This document shows positions 24,986 through 38,800 of a stretch of 64,000 nucleotides of DNA, one piece after another. The stretch spans positions 181,075 to 245,074 of the forward strand of contig NMRA01000364.1 of assembly GCA_002633005.1 (NCBI GenBank). The letters run 5' to 3'. The notes under the pieces are model-generated. The model saw only the letters and a program-made list of their open reading frames with translations. It searched no databases and had not been told where the DNA came from. Within the stretch, counting starts at the first letter, position 1, and each line of letters begins with the position of its first letter. Origin of the DNA: Phoronis australis. Taxonomy: Eukaryota; Animalia; Phoronida. A program made the translations under genes and the position numbers.

Positions 24986-25394
24986 TTAACATGGACGTTT
25001 AGTTGTCGATGTTAAATTCTTTGCCGACGTGTTTTGGAATTTTTAAACAAACATCGCGCTCATTGAATTGTTCAGTGACGAATGAGCCGGCAACCCAAGT
25101 CACAGGCAATGCGTATATGATCCAGAACTGGAACTGCAACACAGGAATCAACTCTGAAGCGTTTGAAGCCTGCTTTTATGCGAACTGTTACTTGAAAACG
25201 ACAGCTAGCAAACGATGACCTAACCACAAACTTTACATGTAAGAAAAAATCTACTAGCCGCAGTATCGTACCTTTTGAAGGCTAAGGTTAGGTTAGAGTT
25301 GGGGATATGCAAGCGAGACTTCAAAACATGCGTTTCAGTAGGAGATAATTGAAAATTTCCTATTTGTTGGAATCCTTCACCATCACGATCTGAC

Positions 25395-26180
25395 GCCAGT
25401 AGTGCACATAACATACATGAACTGGTGTAGTAATAAAAACGTACACGAATTGGTGCAGTGTCCAACACATTCATGAATTGGTGATGTCCAAAACATGATT
25501 TTAATAGTGCCTAAAATAATAAATCAACTGAGGTAGGGTCAAAACATAATTACATAAAACAAATAAGTGTCTAAAGCTTACATGATTTAGTGTAGAGCCC
25601 AAAACCTACGTGAAATGTTGTAGTGTCCCAAATGTATATGAAATGAGAGGTATCCAAACATTTGTAGTGCCCAGACATACCGTAATCCTTCGCGTTAACG
25701 CCCTGGGCGGTTAAATTGGCGAATCCAAAAAAATTGGGGGAGGGCGGTTAACCGAGCAGTGGGCGGTTAAATCGAAAATCCACTTAAAGTCGGGGATGGG
25801 CGGTTAACTGAGCATGGGCGTTAACCCGAATGATTACGGTTTATCAATAATTGATATACAGTCTGAAATATTTATGAAATGGTGAAGTGTCCGAAACACA
25901 GGGTCATAATTTGGTTTAAAGTATGGGACAAAACATAAATGAATTGTAATGTCTAAACCATAGACGACTTGGTGACGTGTCCAAAACATGCAGGACTTGA
26001 TGTAGTGTAGAAACATACAATAATTAATGTAGTGTCCAAAACACACATGAAATAGTGAACCATACATAATTTGGTTTAGTGGCCAAAGCTTAAATAAACT
26101 GTCTATACATAATGAATGAAATGTAGAAGAGTCCAAAACATGCATGACTTGGAGTAATGCCCAAAACCTACATCAATGGC
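25395..26180. repeat. Degenerate ~31-33-bp satellite (core GTAGTGTCCAAAACAT)
   Basis: Repeated GTGTCCAAAACA / GTAGTGTCC variants downstream of TOP3A. Confidence 0.7.
25680..25839. mobile_element. 160-bp pogo/Tigger-like MITE inserted in the satellite
   Basis: TA|CCGTAATCCTTCGCGTTAACGCCC...GGGCGTTAACCCGAATGATTACGG: imperfect 24-bp TIR with internal GGGCGGTTAA repeats. Confidence 0.7.
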
Positions 26181-26802
26181 AGCTGTAAAATGCACATTAA
26201 TCTCATCTCAGTGGTATAATTATAAAACACGAACAATTTGAAAATAAACAACAACAATAATCAATCAATGAAATTAGGTGAATTGGGTATAAAACCAATG
26301 TATTCAGCCTAGCAATGAACATGAAACATTATTAGATGACAGACATTATCATTTATCCAGGTGAAGGAGCCTGATGTACAAATTATGAATCAAAATTTTT
26401 GCAATTTCGCAGTGCCACCTGGCTTCTTCTGCTGAGCAATTGTGACCGACTAATTTCTGCAACAATTGCATAGCCCTGTGTTGGTGTTCCTAGACAACAT
26501 CTGCAAGGCCCCGCACCATGAGTAAGACAACTTAATTCTGACACCACCGTGTCTATTTAGGGAGAGATTCTTGACTTTCACCACGACAACGTCTCTAGCA
26601 CGCCTCTCAAACCACAGACTCCCACTGTCTATATGTCTTATATCCGCCTTCTTATTCACAATCAGGACTTTTCTAAAGTTAATGTTTATCGCAACATCAT
26701 ATGATTCATGGCAACTGGAAAAAACCCTCACATTCAACCAGCTATCATTGTTGCACCTCCCTGCTTACGACAACTAATGGCACAACACTGGATATCCTTC
26801 AG

Positions 26803-29800
26803 TCAGTCTTTCATTGGGCACTTGGCTCTTGTATGACCTGAAAGGCATTTGAGATGAAAACTATCATTCTACATTAAAAAGTACGGTAACATTATTCTCA
26901 GTTAAGGCAACCACACTGTTAACATCTTTAAAGCCTATCTTGAATGATAAAACCTATAAATTTTGTTCCTACAGTATGTTAAGAGCATTGCTATGAGCCC
27001 ACCAGTGCCATCAACTGCCAAATGTAATGAACTGTTAGGCTTATTGGCTTGCTTTTGTCTACGTCACCACGAGAATGACCTTTTAATTCAAACAGCTGTG
27101 CACAACATCCACACGCAATGGTGTTCTGTCCAGGCCCCTACACCATACAATTATTGGCCTTTTGTCATTAGTGATAGACCTACATTTGAGAGATTAAACT
27201 AGCATTTTTTAATTTTGCTGAAGGCGCGACACTTTTAAGTTAGACAAGTACATGACATACCTTCTTGGTGACAAATCCCACACCTGCGTTTTCGTTTGGT
27301 ATTTCCTGACACTGCAGTTTGAGGCTGTCTGCTCTTTGTAGACAATTTCTGACTTACCCCCCCTGAAATTGAAGTTGGAGCAGTGAACAATTCCTTCAAG
27401 TCGACAAACTCATTGCTTCCTTAATGATCCATTTATAAGACACCCACGAGAGAAATCGTCTGCACTTCACGTCATGGGAAGTCTCCACTACATCGACACT
27501 ACCCCCCAAGTGCAGAAGACACTTCATCGAAGATTACAGTCCTGACATGCGATAAAGTTCCATTTCACAAAAAGTCTTAGAAGACTTCCATTAGAAATTC
27601 CATGTCATGCTCCACTCAACTATTTATGAATTTTTTTGAGAATAATTTGATTTCTCTTCAGCTCAATAATTTCAAGGCAGTCTCCAATACCACAAAGCGC
27701 AAACTTCAGCAAATAATTTTGACAGCCATGTTTACAATTTTTTAAAGCTTTGTTTTGCTGTGTTTAGCAGAGTCTAAAAATACTAAAATCAAATTAGGCC
27801 TTTTACTCTAACAAATTCTTTACTATCATACAATTTTACTCAAGACACCAACTCAAGCCACAAGCAATGCGTAAATGAGCAATTTTGAAATTCAAAACTT
27901 AGAGTAGGCAAGACCCTATTAAGTCAGAAGCGTTTTCATGAGTAGCTTTGCTGTTCTTGTTGGGAACGGAAACAGAATGCCATCATGGTAACAAATATTA
28001 GGAGACTGATGTTATGAAGTAAAAGGCCGAATTTTATTTTCGTTTTATATCCAGGCGAACCCAGTGAATTGCAGCTTTAAACAAAACTTGGGCTGTTTGG
28101 GCAATCATTAAATAAATCACTGAATAAATAAATAAATAACCGTACCTTGATTTCCCACATCGTCAGCCCATTGGAAGAAATTGCACCCTTCACTCCGAGG
28201 TTTAGGACACGTATGAAACGGCCGTCCCTTATTTGGCCCTTCCTTTGACACAGTTAATCTGCAAAGTATTAAAAATGAGACGAGGAGTTGAGAAATGCTC
28301 AACAGAAAGACAGAGACATTTCTGTAAGTTGTTCATTAAAGTAATTTGTCTAAAACGGAAAGAAAGTTCATTCTTTAGACGTTACATACTAAATCAAAGT
28401 CATGAACATGGAAAAAATTATGGAAGATAAATGTTCTTCATTAAAATATACACAGTATGTAAAGATGCATCATTGTGAACACAAACCATTTACTTTTAAA
28501 TTTCAACAAACTGGTGATGTGCAAAATGCCATTGCACTTGCGCCAGTCATATGCTATTCTCAGGCTGGTGTTTGATAATGTTCCCAGCCTATTTCCAACC
28601 ACACTGTTTTTGATACATAAAATGACGAGCCATTCAATTCTAACTTACTGAGATCAGCCACAGAAGTTTGCCAGTCTAACATCCAGTCTAAGTAAGGTGC
28701 ATACTCACAGACAAATTTTAAAGCAGCAAATGGTTGAATTCAAAAGTTGATTAGTATTAAGACATCACTGAAGGGGGTGCATTTGAACTTCAAACAACGA
28801 GGGGAACACTCCAGTCTTTAAGTTAAATAAAAAATAATGAATAATATTATAATGCGTAATATTGCTTACAACTTAGCTTCCTGACCACACCCACATCGAA
28901 CTTCTGAAACAGGAGGAAACTGATTCTGCCAGCTGGAGTTGATGTTCAGGTTTCTAGTCCTTGCTTGATCACCGGCTCCATCTGGTGGGGCAGAGTCAGC
29001 CCACAGGAAAAAGTTGCACGACTCACCCTGAGGTTTTGCACACTTGTAGAAGTGTCGACCTAAAAGGCACATCAATTTGAAAACAATTACAATCGCAGTA
29101 CCTTCATGTTGGTCAACAACTCTAGCCAAATGTGTTTTAAAGGACTCGTAGACATAAAGTGAACAGCCTTACAAAACATTACATAGCTACCAAAGCAGCA
29201 GGTCTGCAACTGATACATTCAATTCTACGACAAATTTAAGCACAGCAAAAGACAGGCTAAAGCACTCGACCACAACACAGACATCACTTATATTTTTTCC
29301 TAGTGTTGTTAGGGCCCTTAGAAACTAAAGTAACTCCCAATGTATGATCTCGAAAAGGAAAAAAGCAACGAGTGTGAGACGACAATGGTGAAATCTCAAC
29401 AGTTTCGGACAAAATTTTTTTCCTAAGTTGCGCATTTTATTTTTCAAGGGCTTCTAGCATTATTGTGAACGTCCACAATTTTTTTCAAAATCTTGTCTGT
29501 CGGTAGCTATGGTACAGATCTTGGACATGGCAAAGCAGCATGCTGGCACTGTATAGCGTTTTGTGAAAAAATGGAAATTACGATTTCACCTGTACGTCGT
29601 ATTGTGTCTTAACTTGGTGAGATTCCACCACAAGTAAGCATTGTACAATTTAAGCTAGAGCCCTGTGAAAGGTATAATATTCGAGGCATTTTTGGTCAAA
29701 TTTATTCATTTCTGCCCATCCCCAGCCAGTTTAACCAAGTTGTTATGTAAGGCAAGAATATTCTGAGAATGAGATCAGCGTCACAGGGCTGTCTTCCCAA

Positions 29801-32800
29801 ATAACAAGTGTATCGAGGCGTGACGCAGTGTAAAAACCAGTGACTTCAAGCCAAGACTGAGAACCCAGTGCCTTAACCACAGGACTACTGAATACATAAA
29901 TCATGACTGACATACATTAGTTTCCTCATGACTAAGACTCTTCTCGTTCGGTAAATGATTTATGTTGTCTTCAAAATGTTAGGCACCTCTGAGATAAGCC
30001 ACGGAAGCAAAGAACGACACACTGACACGGGGAAGGAGTTACAAAGTATCTGGACACTGTAAGTAAAACTATAACTAGAGTAACAATACAGTGTTCGGGC
30101 CAATCAGATCAGATACTGCGCTCAGATCTAGTTAAAGCTGATTGGACACGGAGACCAGCCACTGGATTCAGAGATCCTGGACATCAGTTTTCATAAATCC
30201 CGCCCCTTGTCTATTTATGCACCTCACAATACTCAATTTCGTACCAGTGTTGGGTCCTTCCTTACGCACGGTCAACTTCAATGCATCCTGCCCACACAAG
30301 CACACTATGGCCTTTTCATCAGGCATGTCAAAATTTGAGTTCTGTCCTAACACAGATAATGGCGGTCTTCCAATATTCTCACCGCCTCCCCCGTGAACAG
30401 GACCAGCAGCAAAATTGTGAAACGTCCTCATGTTAGTACTCCCTGAGGGGTGTAAATCCCCACCTGGACCCTTTTTCGAACTCTTCCGACCATTAGTGCC
30501 ACCTCTTGGTGGCGGCCTAGGTACACCATTGTTGTTCGAATAATTTTGTGAGTTTGAAGTCCTATTGCCGTGAGTGTTATTGCTATTTCTAGGTCTGTTG
30601 TTATTATCAGATGACTGTGTTGTGCTACTGCTTGATGAGTTGTTCTTCATCCGTAGTCCTAGTGCCTGCACCAACTCACGGTCACAACCAATGCATGTGG
30701 TGTACCTGAAGTAATAAAAATAACCCATTATCAAATAAGCAAGAGCATTCACGAGCAATTAGCGTAACACTGGAGACAAAAATGCTAATACCCTGGCCAA
30801 TCACACGCGATCACCATCGGCAAAGAGAACAAGTTAGGTCACTGGAATATATCCCTCTTACATTACACAGGTAGATCAGCCTTCTCATTGGGTGGCCAAC
30901 AATTAGAAGGCAGATCAGATGTCTGCTCAAATGCGAATTTTTTCAAATGACAGATCAAACATCCAATCTGCCTTCAGATAGGATGAACTGTGAACGTAGG
31001 TTAAGTATTAGAAGAATTAGAATTAGTTGAGAAAATGAAATTGGAAAAGCACAGAACTGCACACAAATACACACACTAAAACATGTTTCAACAGACTGAA
31101 AAATCATGGAGACATTCAGGCTATCAGCATCAAATGGAGATCATTGAAGTCGACTGAGGCACACTTACTCTAGAGGTATTGTCGGCGGTACAGAACCTCT
31201 CTTTAACTTGAACTTGATCCTGTGAACAGGACTTGGCTGGCACTGAAACAAACATTGCATTAAATCTGCATCTTGCTTTCAAATACAACGGAACGAAAAA
31301 CAACTTAAATTTTTAAACTTTTAAACATGGCATGCTGACGGGACAAATTGTTCGCAACTTTTAAATTATAGTCCCAAGAGAGCACATACCTAGATATTGT
31401 GCCCATAAGCACTTATTACGACCATTACCAGTGAGTGTTCAACCTTGTTTCAGAACTAACATGAGTAGTTATTGACTTTTTAAGATCTGATCTTTGCTTT
31501 GACTGGTGCGGTTAGTGAGATTGGGTGCAAAGTCAGTCAAGGGACAATAATTATGGGTCACATGTGTTTATGTAACTTCAGTTAGAGAAGAAGAACGGAA
31601 CAACGTTGAAGATTGCAAGATATAGTACAAGCCAGAAGTGATGGCTGAGCAGAGGCTGAAATCTTTTTTCAGTCTCCCCTTGTGACTGAGAATGAAGGGG
31701 AATTAACAGGAACATTAGTAGGTGGCTTAGTCATTTTGGAATTGAAATTTTGCTGTCCCAATATTAATTACCAGTCATTTTTGCTGTTGACAGACTTTAC
31801 TGTCATGATAATTTAGTCTGACTACTTTTGTTTGGAAGTGTATGTGTTGTCTTTTACTAAAGGCCGCACAATTTCCAATGAAACTAATTTCCTCTAAAAC
31901 TTATTGCATTAAGCTTATTATACTTACAGTGGCACATATACTCTCGTCCACAGTAGCTTCCAAAACAGATTCTGGAAACCAGACAACAGCCTGGCATTGT
32001 GGATAACCACTGCAGCTCAGAAAACGTCTGTAAATGCAATTTGTCGGTTGTAACAAACAAGTAATTTCTACTGGATACATTTGCTATTATGCTCCAAATT
32101 AGGACAGACTAAAAGGTATTGAATCAATAACGTAGAATGATCACAAAACTACACTAGACTCACAGACATCTGTTGTATAACAGCCATATGGCACCATGTG
32201 ACAGCTCTACGAAATAGACCTGTCACCCAATATATTATTTATGACATTGCCACCACTTTGAGCATATTCTAACTTTACAATGAGGTTTTGGAACCGCATT
32301 TGACACCTGAATATTGTGCAATAGTTTGTAACTTTCCCCAATTTCCATCACAATTAGTGACAAAAGCTCTAGACAAGTGGAGTATATTTTCACTTAAATT
32401 GGCACCCCTTTATCATTTCGGAAGCTCTACTTAATTAGCTGCAATTTCTCAAAAAAATCAGCAGCGTCTCACCCTCAAGACAGACCAATTCATTACAACT
32501 TACCCTAATCCGTCTTTTTTAGACTTAATAGTCATGTCCAAACCGCAGTTGGGACATTTCCTTACTGGTGTAACTGTGTCATATAAATCTGAAAAAGGCA
32601 ATGGTAGACCTTGGCTAGTTCTAGTTTGGTCGAAAGCAGAGTTTTTCAACCATGTGAGTTCTGTTAGCTGCAGTTTGTTTCACTCGAAAAAAGTGTCATT
32701 TTCCAATGGGTGCGCTTGATTGACTTCGCAGGTTCCGCTGGATCAAATGGCATCTGATTGGTTGTTGATTAAGACTTCCGGCTTAAAAACTCATCAGATT

Positions 32801-35800
32801 TTTAGTCGTTTGACCCAGTGGAGCAGGTGAAGCCAATCAGGTGCAGACATTGAGTTTGATCCCTGAAGTCTTAGTACATGCCACCACTGTCAGCCTTATG
32901 TAATGAATGAAGATGTGTACGTTGTTGGAAAACCTCACTTTGGGGGAATTCATCTACAACACTGTTATCATTTTTCATACGCACCATGGGACTTTTGACG
33001 GCTTGTTAACATCCAATGACATACCAACATCTTGAGGCAATGTAACCCGATTGAATATTTTGCATTTCAAGTGATGAGATATGACTTGAACGTGATCTGT
33101 CAATGCATACCTCAAGAATTGTTCACGCAATGACTTGCTAATCTATGTAACTATTTATTCCATGAATTTTGAGGTTTGTTTTCAATCTTTTATTTTGTAA
33201 TGCTGGAAGCTTTGCGACCCTCCCATCAAAACACATATTGCAGTAGAGCTGGCACACTTAAGTGACAAGTGTTGCTGTCCATTATGTGAAGTTATCCGTG
33301 ATGTCACTGGGTGTTTTACAAGCCGACAAACACCCCACAATGCATTTGGAAAACTTCAACAGTGCCATAGATGAAATCCTATGAATTACCGTATACAAGT
33401 CTGGAGTGTGAAGCATTTGGGAGTAAGGCAAGTTGAAATTGTCTATGGAAAACAATTTGTAGAACTAACCTGCCTGAGTCACCTGCCGTCGTTCTGCCCC
33501 AAAATATTGCTCCAATGCATCATCAATTTTCGTTGCATGACTTGTTGCCTCAATAAATACTTCCCGGTACTTCTGTATTTGTGTTGCCAGCACCTCCTCC
33601 TTAGACTTTCTGCCTTCGCATATCTTTACAAGATCCGCCTCTAGCTCCGCCCTGAGGTGGGGCTTAGACATCTCAAAGCCCATGCTGTCGTAACCCTCGA
33701 CCAATCCCATACCGAGTTCACCCGGTACAAAGCGTCCGTCAGGTCGGACACCCACATACAGCCTTGACTTGATGGTTTCAATGTGTTCCGCATGGGTAGC
33801 GTCTGTACCAATGCCATGCTTGTCCATCAAAGCGATAAGGTCCGCCTCTGACAGCAGGTTAGGCGGTGATGTCTCACCAGTTACCATCTGAAATGCAATC
33901 CCACGTTTTTGATACAAACAATTTAGTTAAACTCTTTAAGATCTAAGTCTGTCTTGAGTTCTAATACAATGTCAGAATGCATTTCAATTGCCACTTTTGA
34001 TTTGTTTTGAGTTTGCGATTGCCAAAGGATATATAAATCAAGTTTTGCAAAAGACAAGCTCAACTCTAAGTTTTACACAACCGCACAATGTCCAAGATGG
34101 AACTTGTAAGCTGTCTTTGTTGGATTATCTTCGTTCAAAGGTATAGATTTCTAGGCCTCTGACTATGTGTACAGTCTCGTTTTCAAAGAAATACTCAAGT
34201 TACATAATAACTCAGTCAATCACAAGCTTACCTCGATGCTGGAAGGCTGGAACTGCTGTCTCAGTTCAAACCTTGGAATGACTTTACCATACCACTTCTC
34301 ATATGGATACACTTCCAAATAGTTTAGAGCTGTTATGATCAACCCAGAGGCAGAAAACTGAAAAACAAAACGTGAAAATTTACAAATTAAAAGTCAGAAA
34401 ACTATGCCAATGTAATTGTAATTTGTGTATAGCATCAAAAAAACAAGGAGCACATCATTGTGATTTCACTCCTAGGCTACTTCAACTCATTATACCGACT
34501 GGGAGGGAACAAAATGAAAGTAAAGATGGGAAACACCACTAAACATTGGACATAGTGAACAAATAAGGGAACAGTCTGACTCATGGAGTACGCTCTTTAT
34601 GAGACTTTTTTATTGCTACACAAATAAATGACAATACATTAAATACAAATATTTCGCCCAGAATGCGAACCCTTATATCCAGGCTTTTAATCATAAAACA
34701 ATGACTTACTCAAGCAAAACATGATATTGAACAAATAATTTCAAAGTAAAGAAAACAAAAAACAAGAACGAAATCATATGGCAATATAGGAGAACATACT
34801 AACAAGAAAAAATATACTTATTGAAATAGGATGATCTTAGTTGGAACCTGACCGACTGAAGTGTATGCAGTGAGCGCGTCACCATGTGACAAATCTGAAT
34901 ACAACAGATAACTGTAGACAACAATAAGTTTCTGTTACACATACTACGAATTTCCAAAAAGAGACCCATGGACATATAAAAAAATGGGCGCATGAAAAAT
35001 GATTACCTTTTCATTTGCTATTTCGATTTCAACAGATGTCTCGTATCCTTCCGCATCTTTTGAACAGCAAGCCAAGAAGTGGCGAACTACGAAGTCATAT
35101 AACTTTTTGTCATTACCCTGAAATAAAATACAGTAGTTTTAAATTCTTACTTACAGTAAAGCTCATACAAGAGAAACATTCACAAGTCAGATTTTCTCAT
35201 AACTCCCACCAATTTCTGCAGTACGGTTGTTCTAATTTGTGTACTCAATCCTTCAGTTAGGTCTACTTTTGCCTTACTCAGATAAAATATCTTGGTCCGG
35301 TTAAAAACGTTTTATACTGTATTTGCAAGTGATACGATTCAAAGCATAACAACATGGAGAAAAGTCTTCATTCCGCGTTCGACAGGTAGCAGGTATATTT
35401 CCTTTTAAAGTGCTTTATCGTTCGCACTACAGCACATAATATCATTGCTTTGAAGTCAAATGGAAAATCTGCAATGTATCTAAATCACCTTAATATCATT
35501 TTGTATCGCAATAAAGTGATCACTGAGCACCCAACACATATCAGATCACAGCTACTTTAGACATCTCAACAAAACTGCTTGGTTTTAATAATGTTGCCCC
35601 CAACGAACACCTAAATACTGGACAATACCTAACATTCTTGGCAAAGTTACGCAACTCAAGTTAAAACTTGTTACAAAACAAGACGACAAAGCCATAGGTT
35701 GAAGCAAACTTAAACACACACGAGTCATTAAATCAGATTTCACACACTGTACAAGTTTTTGCATACTACACAACTTCAATACATAACACTCTGTGTGACT

Positions 35801-38800
35801 CAACAAAAAAGTTCTCAGAACCTCTCTTACGCTACACATCATAAAGAATCATAAATTACCTAGGATTCTCCGTCACGACAGCAAGGTGCAAGTGGAATTC
35901 ATTATTGTAGCGGCCATCAATCATTAGCAAAAATAACTAGGAATTCACCAGCCAAGTTCCCAAGGTGGAAATGCTTCTGCTCAATCGTGAGACATTTCCA
36001 GTGAAATTTGTTGAAAACCGAACTATTTGTCAAGGCGAGACTGTATTTTGCTAAACGGTATTTTGAATGTCAGTGGCCACTTTCATACTGTACCTGCAGT
36101 GAGTCTGTATATTTAATTGGGTGTATGGGAGGATGGGCCTGGTCAGACTTCTTGCCATTCCGGGGGTTGACACCCTGCTCCAGCACACGAGCAGCAAAAG
36201 CTACAGCAAAACAATAAGGTGAGTCAATTCTGTCATGTCATTAGCACAGAAAACTGGACATACAGAGGCACACAACACCTGAGTTACAAGTATTCACAGA
36301 AAAAGTAAAACTTTTATCTTTAAAAACTGATAAGAAAAATTGACTAAGCGAAATGTCACACAAAACTGCATACAACAACTCCCAACAACCCTGTTTTTTT
36401 AACCTTTACCACCCCAGTTTTTTTCATTCCACATATAGTTTACTGTCATTAAAATGATATAGAAATGAAGGATGGTATGATTATTTGACACGTTTACACA
36501 CACACGCATGTATACACAGAACACATGCTCGCACAGAAACCCCTTTTAAGAACACATAGCAAATGTGACATTGACTAATATAATCTATGAAACAAAGAGC
36601 GAAAGAGGACCCTCTTCTTACCTCCCCAGTTTTGATCCTGTGTTTGCGCGCGAACAAGAGCAGCCAAATCCATGTCCTTGGGAAATATATTGGTCTCTGT
36701 ACGAGGATAGCTGATGAAGCCCTTCGTGTACAGGTTCTCTGCAATCCTCATGGCCTCCTTAGCATTAATGTTGAGTTTTCGAGAAGCGCTTTTTTCAAGT
36801 TCCTGCCCAGTAGAAATAACGGGAGTAACAGTCAGTCAGATGTCTTCAGGCTAATGAACAATGAGCTTCAATGCATTCTGATATTTTGAGTCTATTTTTG
36901 TCAGCATTATACAAAAAAATGGCCATTTATATTACATAACAAGTGCTGATACATGTTTCAGCTCTTTCTAAACCTGGTCATAGCCTATTAATAGACATTG
37001 GATCTGACTCGAGAACCTTAAACTTTGAAAAAATGCTCTGATACTGCTGAAAAAAAGTTTTTTGAACAAGCAATTCGAGACAGTACAAGCACAAAGTATC
37101 CGTATACATAAACAAATTTCTCAAAAGCCCGTTCAAAGTCTGCTACATGAACAAGAATGAATAACGCTTTCGGCAAGACTATTGACGGCTGTGAGAAAAG
37201 ACCACCTATCTCACAAACTATGAGATCCACTATGTGATACAATGAGTGAGCGTTCTTGCCAAAAAATACTACGATCGCTCCAGTGAGATAATATTGGCGT
37301 AACAGTAGGTGTCACTAATTACCAAAACAGGGTCGAGTATCCTTTTGAGAACAGAATGATTTTGTCCCTTGTATCTAGTTGTACTTACAATAGTATCCAG
37401 GGCTACTGGTCTCCACTTGCTTTTATTTTTTCCCCTGACATCTGTCACTGTGGCAGTAGGATTCTATAAATGAAAACGGTCATACATGCAGTTCAGTAAA
37501 AAGCAGTACGTCAGGTAAAATGTCCATGGATAAAACAATGTCATTTTTTTCTGTAAAACACTTCAAAAATGCAAAAATAAAAACTAGACTCAATAGTCAC
37601 TAGCAGGTGCTAATAAAAGACCTGTTTTTGAAATCTGAAGAAATGCACAGCTGAAAGAAATTCACCAATAAGGCACCTACGCGATTCGTCTGTAGGTTGG
37701 TTCATTTCTTCACTGACAATACCTAGTGAATTTTGAATTCCTATTACTTCTACAAAATCAGTCATGAAATTTATCTTAATACCATAATTAGGGCCATTGG
37801 TAAAATGAAAGATAGAATGCAAAAAAGATTTTTGCAGTAACCATCGATGACACTGAATTTAAAAAGAAAATTTCAATAATCCCGTTGTAAATTTAACATT
37901 TCATACTTAAATCAACTTATTACTAAATCTCCCCACCTCGAGACAAATCTGGTAGAGGACAAGACACGCCGTGTGGTCAAACAGTTTCACTCTCTTCCAG
38001 TTGAAGTCGACAGCGCCATCTTCAGTCTGATGACTCACTGAAAACAATAAAGAAGTCAGCCAACCACTAACACACAATCAACATTCAAATTCCAACATGA
38101 ACACAAGTCAACCTCGAGTGAACAAAAGGCAAAGTATTTCCCAACAGATGTAAATTTTTGAAGGAAAGCTTGGAACTCCTTACCAAACTCCTGAATTCCT
38201 ATATCTCGGCAATTTTGTACAAAAATAGTAGCCAAAACTAACCTTTTTCATTTCTAAAAGGCTTCTCAGAACATTGTCTGACGATAGCTACGACATAGAA
38301 CCAGACAATTTTAAAGCATTCGTTTGCTGTCATTCATTGGTGAAAGTTTACCATAGCTTCAAAAATGTTACAAAACTCTAAGCACACAGCATCTGTGTGT
38401 AAAAAACTAAAGTACTAAATAATTAACACATTTACCCTTGATTTTCCAGAATGTCTCCGGAATGAATGACTGCACTTGCTTGTATCTCTCCACAACAAAG
38501 CCCAGAGTGGGGAACTGGCAACTGCCGTAGCTGATCAGCTGGTCGCTCAACACACTGGGGAATACCTTCTTAAGTCTCAGAGTCTGGAAACGGGTGAAAG
38601 CCGCACCTAAAATATTGGTCGTCACATCATGCACACTTTTACTTTCAAGCTGCAACCAGGGCTTGGAATGACCAATGACAAAAAAGAGGAAAATCTTCTA
38701 GGTGATGTGTCGTATCACAAATAAATAGGCTTGTGTGATAGAAATGTTTTTTGTCGTAAAATTTAACTGAATTAAAAACGTTTTTGCATTGATTAAACTC

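Noticed and set aside
29835-29890. tRNA-like sequence on the minus strand (GTGGTTAAGGCACTGG)
   Set aside because: An A-box-like arm only, with no proper T-arm or acceptor stem; at most a decayed SINE head. The same applies to about 13124-13145.
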